64,000 nucleotides of DNA from Vicugna vicugna (Eukaryota). How positions within the stretch are numbered: the stretch's first letter is position 1; each line of letters opens with the position of its first letter. The translations under genes were made by a program, and so were the position numbers. Of this stretch, positions 55,018-64,000 are shown piece after piece. The stretch lies in the NCBI GenBank assembly GCA_013265495.1, contig MU058815.1, positions 876,523 through 940,522 of the forward strand, written 5' to 3'. Below the pieces are notes generated by a model that was not told the DNA's origin, made no database searches, and was given only the letters and a program-made list of their open reading frames with translations.

Positions 55018-55177
55018 GGATGGATGGATAGACAGACTAGATAGATAGACAGACTAGATAGATGGATAGATGGATGGATAGCTAGCTAGCTAGCTAGATA
55101 GATGATGGATGGATGGATGGATAGACAGACTAGATAGACAGACAGACTAGATAGATGGATAGATGGATGGATGGATG

Positions 55178-55228
<51 letters not shown>

Positions 55229-55442
55229 GATGGATGGATAGACAGACTAGATAGATAGATAGACAGACAGACTAGGTAGCTGGATAGATGGATGGATGGA
55301 TAGATAGATAGATGATAGATAAGATAGATGATGGATGGATGGATAGACAGACTAGATAGATAGATAGACAGATAGACAGACGACAGACTAGATAGATAGA
55401 CTAGATGGATGGATGGATGGATAGATAGGTAGGTAGGTAGAG
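54362..55442. repeat. Compound GATA/GGAT/GACA/GCTA/GGTA tetranucleotide array with an internal 101-bp higher-order repeat
   Basis: The marker 'gagg' recurs at 54612, 54713, 54814, 54915 and 55016. Confidence 0.97.
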
Positions 55443-56139
55443 AGGTGATGGGCGCATAGCAATTCCCTTTGGATGTACCCGGCCAACTCCTTTAGTGGGA
55501 CAAAGTGAAAATCTTCAGGCCAGTGCCATCTTGGACCAAGATCAACAACCCGTTGACCTGTGCCATTCTCTTGCCAATAGAGTGACCCACACAAGGCAAC
55601 GCAAAAGGGGCAAGTGGTCATCTCCGACACTTTTCAGAGGCTTTTCACAGCAAAGCCCCCACTTAGCATGACTCACAGTGGAAAGAAGCTTATACTGAAC
55701 CTCCAAGTCTGCTCATGGGTGTTTTGCTGTAATCTTGTCTTCTTCCCAGTGACCTAGCTCCCTTTTTTATCGGCCAGTGGTCCCTCCCCTGCAGACATCT
55801 CCCTAAAAGAGCTTGCAGCAGGAACGAGTGTCCTGCAGGTCCCTGGATCCTCCCTGAGCCCCACAGTCCAGAGGTCCAGCAGGTGGCGAGGTGGCCCCAG
55901 CCCCAGTCCACATGCATCTTCTCTGCGGGTGCAGGCCGTCATGGACCTCAGCATCGCCTTCTTCCAGGTGCGCCAGGATCCAGCTTCTGGGAAGTTGGGG
56001 TTGCCTGGCAACCTCTGCCACTCAGCGCTCAGGTGATGACCTTGTTGACCTTCCTGTACCTCTTCCTCTAAACATGAGAAAAGATTCTTAAAGTGAAAAC
56101 TGAATCCCTGCTTTCCTTGGAGTTTCCATTGTTAAACTT

Positions 56140-57328
56140 GTTTTTTGTTTTGTTTTGTTTTGTTTGTTTGTTTTTTTAGTAATTTAGGATTTACTTTTGT
56201 AAAAGCAAGTTGACAGATATTAAAATGTTATACTTGTATTGTGAACATAATATAAAACACAAAACATCCAATGTTAAACACTGATCTGCCATGCCTGACT
56301 TGGATTTATATAATAAGTGTTTTATATTTTATAGAAAGGAACTTCCAAAGTTTTGTCAATGTTTATAGTAGATACTAGTATTTCTCATCCAAATCTTTGA
56401 AATATAAAAGGCTGGTATTAAAAGAAGGTTTTGTTTCCTTGAATATTCTAAAACATGCCAGTTTTGGATTAGTCATCAGATCTTCAGGACATGAAAGATA
56501 CACCAACAGAGTGCACAAGAACATGATTTAACACATTTAGGATAAGTTTGTTTTCAGCTGCAACAGAAAAACCTTGGACTTTCAGATGCAGGAAAAAACA
56601 AAAACAAAACCAAAACCCTAGCAAACATAAAAGGCTTCGAGGCCAAGTTACTTCTTAGTAAAAATATAACATTAAGTTGATCAATTTTTAAATCAAATTC
56701 TTAAAAGCATTAAAAAAAAAGGTTTGTATTCGGTAACTGTCAAACAAGGCATTTAAGTGGTGTAAGAAGATAAAAGAAAACTTACAAACCACAAAACCTC
56801 AACTATTCCAACTCGTAAGATAAAAAATAAGAAATTTTCAAATTAAGAAATTATCTTTGTTGCTTAGAAAATATGCTTTACGTTTCATCTCAAATTCACT
56901 TTATTTTTTTTTTCAAATTCACTTTAAATGCTTGACCTATAATTTAATACCTAAGAAGACTTTGGCTAAATTATTTGATAATATTTATAGGGTGATGCTT
57001 CTCTGGGAAGATAAATTTCACACAACATATTCCCATTGATGCTAAAAAAAAATCACTTAATAATTTTAATCACAAGCAATGACTGACTGATGAATAGATT
57101 AACAATTTAGTCAGTAATTTAGATGGCATAAGGTCCAATAAAGGGAACAATTGGATAACTGCTCAAGGTGCAATTCTGTCCATTGATAATACTAAGTCTG
57201 GAATATGATAGATTTTCCGTTCAGCTGGATTACTGGCTTCCATGTATGTGAGTTGGTGAACATACCAGCTAGGTATGTTAGGTAGACAATGTCAAGCTTT
57301 TTCCTTTTTCTTTCTTTCTTTCTTTCTG

Positions 57329-57384
<56 letters not shown>

Positions 57385-58644
57385 TCGAGCAGCTCAATGA
57401 TTTGGGGGGTTGATGAATATGATACAGAGAACATAGGGCAAGTACAAAATGGTAGCTGCCACCAATGCCAGTACTCATCTCATTATGGTTATAACTAAGG
57501 ATGTTATTAAATTTTGTGTTATTTGCTTTTTTTTAGAACATAAAGCCATTAACTGGCACTTGAGGTATGTACACAATACATACACAACCTTAGGCAAAAT
57601 ACTCTTCATAAGTAACCTTACACTTTAAAATACTGGAAACGAAATATTGTGCTGATTTGTATTTTGACTTAATGGAACAAGAGAACAGCTTTCAACTGGG
57701 AAGGGTTCTACTGATAGTAAAGCTCTTACAGTTAAAAATGTCTTCCTCTCCCTTTGCACTTACCACAGGCTACACAATGTCCTGAGAAGATCCAATATGA
57801 GAAAAACGTCACTCACAGCTTTAAGACCTTGCTTTGGAAGGAACTAATGGGAAAGCAGATTGGAAGGCGAGACTTCATCTTTGTTTTCAAATAAGTGGTC
57901 TTAATTTTTCTTCTTATAGAAGAAGTTTAAATGTTTAAGTCAGTTGATTATAAATATATCTAAACCATTCATTTTTGTAGCTTTCATGTAAAGTCCAGCA
58001 CTTCATTTATACAAAGTCTATGAGAAGAAGTCAGGAGAGATCATCTAATCTTGAGTTGTGACATCATCCATTCAAGTCCTTGGCAAAATCCCTTGCCAGC
58101 AAGAGCATAGCCTGCATGGATGTGCCCCTGGTGATCTTTGATAGACATTAGTTCCAAAAACTGGAAGATTTCTGCTACAGTCATGCATTCTTTAACATCT
58201 TGTTTATTAGCAAAAATCAGCACTCCAGCTTTCCTTAGGTCCTCGTGGCTAACATTTTGTAGAGTTCTTCTCTAGTTACAGAAATCCCTTCTCTGTCTGT
58301 CCTGTCCACAACCATTACAAACCCTGTGTTAGTGTAGTAAGTGTTGCAGGAAGAACGAAGAGATTCTTGGCCAACAACATCCCACATAAGAAAACGTGCA
58401 TTATTAATCACTGTCTCTTCTACAACACTTCCTATTGTAGGGGGTGTATGTACAACTTCATGCATAGAAAACTGGTAGAGGATGGTAGTTTCTCCTGCGT
58501 TATCCAGCCCAACAATTATAACTTTGTGCTGCTGGTGATTGAGCAGTTTCCATACCCTGGTGAAGAGAATTCCCATTCTCGGGCAGCAAACCCCGCTCCA
58601 GCCACCCGGGCCACCGTCTTCCCCCAGCTCTTCTGAGGTAGCTC
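56140..58644 (-). pseudogene. ARL5A: Processed pseudogene of ARL5A (ARF-like GTPase 5A): decayed CDS 58576-58041, ~1.9-kb 3' UTR, poly(A) tail
   Basis: Intronless [69 protein letters not shown]. 1-bp frameshift at ~58247 and P-loop K->E at 58490-58492. T-rich tail 56140-56177. TSD tccattgttaaa at 56125-56136 and 58645-58656, then tttt/a. Confidence 0.97.
57298..57386. repeat. (TTTC)n microsatellite inside the ARL5A retrocopy 3' UTR
   Basis: Read directly. Confidence 0.95.
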
Positions 58645-60789
58645 TCCATTGTTAAATTTTACAGTTGCCCTGTTTCCTTCCAAGTCAACACTATGAACAT
58701 TTAAATCAATGGGAGATGATTTAATTATATTAAATAGTAAATAGTTTTCATTCTGATTATCTGCTGAGTTGCACATAAATAAGTCTTTTCTATCCCACAG
58801 GCAGTCATAAAAAACAGCAGAGGCATTAAAAAAAAATGATTGACCTTTATATTTTCTTTTGTGTTTGTTTTCTTTGCCAGGATGCTTCTTGGAATTTGGA
58901 AATAAAATTTTTTTTCGAGAAGTGTTATTTATCTTTATTGTAAGATAATTAACGTGGAGATTGTTTTGAAAAAGCATATAAAAGCATATAAAATAATTAA
59001 GTAGCTATCCCATAATGCACTTTCCTACTACTATCATCGTGTCAAATTTATGAGGAAATAGGCACATTATCACGTTGTTGTTAAGCATTTAGGGGCTCAA
59101 CATAAGATCAATGATTTCTTGAAAAATATTTGTACATCAACATTATCATTTTCACCACAAATTGATTCCATGCGTGTAAAGTCTGGTCGATATGACAGTA
59201 ATAAAAGTGATCAGTAATGTATGGTGCCAAGAGTGATTCTGTGTGTATCCGTCCCTTGTCAAATCAACCAACTGTAACTCTTCACCATTTTTTGTGCCAC
59301 CTACTTACTCTTTTTTGTTCAAAGGTATAGACCAATCGAATCCTAGTTAAATCTGAATTCTTAAATATAGTCAGCCTAACTTCCAATGAGTTAAATTTCT
59401 TTGGAATGTATTCTTATATATGGTCATGTTCAATAATTGTCCTGTTATTTTAAGAGATATAAGTTATCACACATGTTATACAGCATGAAATAGTCTATAT
59501 AGAAAAAGATTTTAACCCTAGGAAAAAATATTTATGTTTATGCCATCCATAGAAAAGTGGTTACTAATAAGTTTCAGATCAAAAACCTAAAACTGTCATC
59601 TTCCTCATTATTTCATAATTTAGAATATGCATCAGTGTTTATACTGGCTGCATAAAGCAATGTCTAGTCACATGCACTTAACATCTGTTTGAAATAAGTC
59701 ATTTCAAATTAAAATAAAAATTCATGGAGGTAGATGGGCGGCACTGAAAAATAAAGGACAAAATTTATTTTCCTTGTCTTGAATTTCTCAAAACAATATT
59801 AAAAGCCTGAAGCATATCCTGAAATTTAATCTGAACTTCATTAAATGAAACAACTGTGCTGTAAACAGAAAGTATAGAACATTGCTCAAATCTCAAAACG
59901 CAGCTGTGTGTACGTTTTCTCTTGGCCATTTCAATATTCATACACCGCATAGGCTATACTGGTGTAAAAGAAATTCTCTTTATTGTCTTGCATTAAACAC
60001 ACGGTTAAGAACACTGGTCCTTGACGAGAGCAGTTATACACACTGATTGATGAATGTAGCCGTTTTCATTTACTTATAACTATAAAGACTCACAACCAGT
60101 ATTTACATCAAGAGAATGCGCCTACTTAGAAAGTAATTCCATTTAAAAGGAAGTGCTCTATCTCCCTTTTTATAATATCCCCTTTGTTACAGGATAATTA
60201 TTATTTTTTTAAAGGTAAAATTCTTGTTCTCATAGAAATACAAAATGAACACATGGCAGAGATTCTATTTAGCTCACTAATTAATAAAGGAGCCAGCAAG
60301 ATGTAATAACCAATTTGAAAATGAATCCAAAGAGCAGACAATATAAAGCATATTAAGAGCGAGAAAAGGAATTTGCTCAATAGCTGTAAAACGGGCTGCC
60401 TCCACAGGAAGGGCAGGAAAATCAGTCACACTTCCACCAGACAGTTCATTTGCCTGCCTATGAAGGAGAGACTCCGTTGTGTTGCTGTAAGTTATCTATA
60501 ACTCACAGAGTGCATAATCCTCGAAAGAATGAAAGGAGGAGGGAACTCCAGAGGAAGTGCTGTCAGGACACCCGGTTCACGGCCATTCACAATTTTCCGG
60601 ACACCTTGCTCCTGGAACTATGAATCATCATGTAAGCATAAACAAATTACATTGTTTGGCTGCTTAGAGAGGTGACTCAATTTTTTCCTAAGAAAAATAT
60701 CACACAAATAATTGTGCTTTTTAAAAAGCCCTGTCAGAAATTCAAATACAAATTTATTTGAAAGATCCTGCACATTCATCCATGCAGCA

Positions 60790-61350
60790 CAATAGCACAA
60801 ACAAAACACCCAGACAATCTGATTAAAACATGAGCAGAGGCTCTGAATAGACATTTTCCCAAAGACACATACACGGTCAACAGGTACATGAAAAGATGCT
60901 CAACATCATTAGTCATCGGGGCAATGCAAACCAAGAGCACAGTGGGAGGTAACCTCACACCTGTTCGAACGGCTTTTATCAGAACGAGAAGCGGCAGTAG
61001 ATGTTGGTGAGGGTGTGGAGAAAAGAGAACCCTCGTGCACTGCTGGTGGGGGATGTAAATTGTTGCAGCCGCTATGGAAAACAGTCTGGAGGTTTCTCAA
61101 AGATGAAAACTGACACATGAACTAACAATTCTTCTTCTGGGTGGTATTTATCCTATGAAAATGAAAACACTGACTCAGAATGCTATCTCCACCCCAGTGT
61201 TAATTGAAGCATTATTTACAATAGCCACGACATGGAAGGAACCTAGGTTCTCATCAGTGGATGAATGGATGAAGAAAATGTGATGTGTGTGTGTGTGTGT
61301 GTGTAATCTAAATACATTAAATGGAATGTGATTCAGCCATAAAAGAATCC
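60790..61350 (+). mobile_element. L1 ORF2 3' fragment, with (TG)n at 61284-61304
   Basis: 'tgaatagacattttcccaaag...tgaaaagatgctcaacatcattagtcatc...gtggagaaaagagaaccctcgtgcactgctggtggg'. Confidence 0.9.
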
Positions 61351-61364
61351 AATTTCAGCAATCA

Positions 61365-63565
61365 TCCACTAGCCTGAGGAAACCACATGATTGGCATTAA
61401 TTTTCATTTTGGGGAAATTTAGGACACTGTGGTGTCTATCTGGATCTAGGTGTGGCCTTTGTTCTGCTATCAGATGCCCTAAATATCAAACCTGGATTTG
61501 GGCAAGCTGCCATTTTCCCTCGGTGACCTTATGTCCCTTTGAGGCTAAAAGTTTCAGCCAGTCTGTACTGTCTTCCTGTGAGGAGACTTGAGGAGGGCAA
61601 AGAAGCAAAACACTCTCTGTTGCAACAAAGTTAGAATCTCTAGGAAACCTTGTATCATCCAGATCAGTCTTCAAGTCTTGGGAGAAATAAGAACTCGCGG
61701 TAGAACCCTGAGGCATTTTTGTCCAGGTGAACTGTTTGCCTTCCCAAGTGAATGTAAAAAGGTTTTGGCTACTTCCATCAACTGGACACTCAGAAATGCA
61801 ATGACCAAAGTAGTTACATTCAAGATTTGCTTCCAGTGGGCACAGATGTTAGTAGCCTATGAGAGTTAGGAACAACAGGATGTCAAGAGATAACAATGTT
61901 GTTTACTGCTCAAAGGTCCTGGACAAACCTCTACACTTGGCACTTACGTATTTCCACCAGTAAAATATGTTACGGGGCGAGTGAGGCTGTAAGCCTTGTA
62001 ATCTTCTATTATTAGCTTTATCCCTTGAAGATCTTCTTACAGGATATTGATTAATTGTGGAAAGCGGTTTTGAGGGGTCTATTTAAATTTTGATGGGAAG
62101 TGCCCTGTGAATTTTGCCAGTATCAGTTGGAGATTTTTCCCCAAAGGGAAGCGGGACAAATGATCAGTGTTTCCAGAATGGGCTCCAGTACCATCAGAGA
62201 CAGAACGAATAAAAGGTGAGGTCTAAAATTCACTTAATTTATCTGGTTGATTACTTAGATGGCTCCTGTTCATTTCGAGCATTATTTCCCCCTTTGCGAG
62301 AAAGAAATTCTGGCACGATACTTCTCTAAGAAGTCTCAGCCTCGTAAATACATAAGTCTGGGCAGAGGAACTAAGGAGAAAAGGGCATAAGCAAAAGGGA
62401 ATAGGGTCAGAGACAGGAATTTCTTGAGCTCCATCAGAGACCCCCGCCAGCTGAACTGCCCAGTACTCGGAGGCAGGGCTATTTTATGGCAGTGGGGTTG
62501 AGCTCTGAGACTGGCTTCGATGTCCGTTAGGACCGGAAGAGATTTGTCCCCAATCTGGAGAACCGTTTCTCCAAACTGATCAAGAGGGGGGATTGGGGAA
62601 GACTCTACAGTTCCCTGGAGCCCCGTCACTGAGAATTGGAAAGACACTGGAAAGGCCGGTTAGAGGACTGAAGACACACACAGCACTTGGATTTGGGAAA
62701 ATCTCTATTCAGTGTCCTGGGCCTTTGCACTAATAGCAGAAACTTGAGTGTTTTGATTTGTTTCGGAGCTATGATTATTCAATTCGGTTTTCAAAAAAGA
62801 GTAAGTTTAGGGACCTCAAAAGTTTCTCATAATGGCCATTGATATTCTGAATTGCCTTTGCTCAAGTTAGTCCATTTACTTAGAAATGAACACGAGAAAG
62901 GACCATGATTCGCAAAAGTAAAACATTGGTCATGGTCCCTGAAGGGGAGGCACTCTCAAGGTATTTATATAACCAAAATCCCACTTCTCAGAGGGTTTTC
63001 TCTAGAAGAAGAGAATAATTTTCAAACAATCTAAACAGCTCCAATAGCTCAAAGAACCCAGATAGCCTTCAGGCCTAATACCAGTCAGTTCTCGGAGCGG
63101 TCCGACCCCAGAGGAGCCAGGCTGCAACTGCTCAACACAGTTCCAATAAAACAGGCCTCATTTCAAAGGGAATTTGGCCGAGGGCCGCACCAGCACAGGT
63201 CAATGAACTAGCCTCTGCTCCCAGAGGAATGGGTTGAAGACCAGCCAACTCCCAGAGGAACAGCCCCAGCTCCAAAAGGAACGGGCTGGAGGCTAACCAG
63301 GTCCGGTCAAAACCGGGTCAGAGTGCCAAAAGAGCACTCACATAGGGAACAAAGCCTTAACCAGAGAGCAAAAAAAAAACCTTAAAATAGATCCCAGATA
63401 AAACCTGGCGAGTTTCAAAATGCAGTGAAAGCAGAGCGTGGATCCAGGAGAAAGACTTAACCCCAAACCCCAGGTTTGGCAAGAAAAGCAGTGACAACAA
63501 GGGACTCAGTGTGGTGCCACACCTCTTTGCTCACCAGCTTTGGAGTCTTCGGGCAATCTTCTCAA
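61365..63565 (-). mobile_element. Decayed class I ERV internal region: leader, gag MA, protease, partial RT
   Basis: MA-like NHGPFSCSFLSKWTNLSKGNSEYQWPL*ETFEVPKL (~62915-62800). Protease PLDQFGETVLQIGDKSLPVLTDIEA (degenerate LIDTGA) and DFLEKYRARISFSQ. RT FVQDL*AVNNIV..HPVVPN, LFTFTWEGKQFTWTKMPQG, LLASKGHKV, V*YLGHLI. Confidence 0.9.
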
Positions 63566-63583
63566 TTCCTGGATGGGCCACCA
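63566..63583 (-). other. Retroviral primer-binding site, tRNA-Ile-like
   Basis: Minus strand tggtggcccatccaggaa versus recalled Ile PBS tggtggcccgtacgggga: 14/18 identical, two mismatches at CpGs. It lies immediately after the LTR. Confidence 0.65.
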
Positions 63584-63586
63584 AAA

Positions 63587-63963
63587 CATTAAGGAATAGA
63601 CTGCCAGTTATTTCTACAGGAAAAAAAAAAAACTTTATTCAGGATCAAGGTAGAATTGCAGTTTAGGGTTTGCAGCCATGGCAAGCCATGTGCAAGTTGC
63701 CCAGCAAAAACAGAGAGGAGGAGTCTTTTCTGGAGGGGAAAGGAAGTGGAGGGCTGCAGCAAATGGAGTGCATTGGAGGAACTGGGAGTTCAAAGGACGG
63801 TGGCTTTTCATTGACTGCGTTGTGACAGTCTCTCATTGGCTGAGCTCTTTTAGGGCAAAAAGAGGAAGCATTGCTTCTTCCTAGTGGGTTCCGCTGTCAT
63901 TGTAGGTTGTGAGAGTTCCCCCTTCTGGTCTCCAGCTCTGAGGTTTCTTACTAATTTTTTACA
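63587..63963 (-). mobile_element. 5' LTR of the ERV
   Basis: Starts TGTAAAAAATTAG on the minus strand, antisense poly(A) signal tttatt at ~63634, abuts the PBS. Confidence 0.8.
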
Positions 63964-64000
63964 GCACCTTACCTGGAACTATTTTATATCTTTTCCACTA

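Noticed and set aside
54612..55080. Regularly spaced repeats as a CRISPR-like array
   Set aside because: The units are identical head-to-tail with no unique spacers, there are no cas genes, and the context is mammalian.

Overview
Mammalian genomic DNA, probably camelid (inferred from a Vic-1-like tRNA-derived SINE and recurring lineage-type L1 3' ends). No intact protein-coding gene is recognisable, so the window looks intergenic or deep-intronic. It contains two L1-made processed pseudogenes. The ILRUN/C6orf106 copy (+, ~10773-14919) spans a 192-N gap, and the ARL5A copy (-, ~56140-58644) has a clear target-site duplication (TSD). Also present are a decayed class I ERV (-, 61365-63963: LTR, tRNA-Ile-like PBS, gag MA, pro, partial RT), several solo LTRs with 4-bp TSDs, MaLR LTRs, nested L1 fragments including a probable twin-primed inversion, MIR/L2 relics, and a 1.1-kb compound tetranucleotide array with an exact 101-bp higher-order repeat. 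The most striking signal is that the dead ILRUN retrocopy has accumulated almost only AT->GC substitutions plus several deletions, the reverse of normal pseudogene decay. This suggests a local recombination / GC-biased gene conversion hotspot. Family and parent-gene assignments are from recalled sequences, not database searches. I found no CRISPR array, operon or new protein system.
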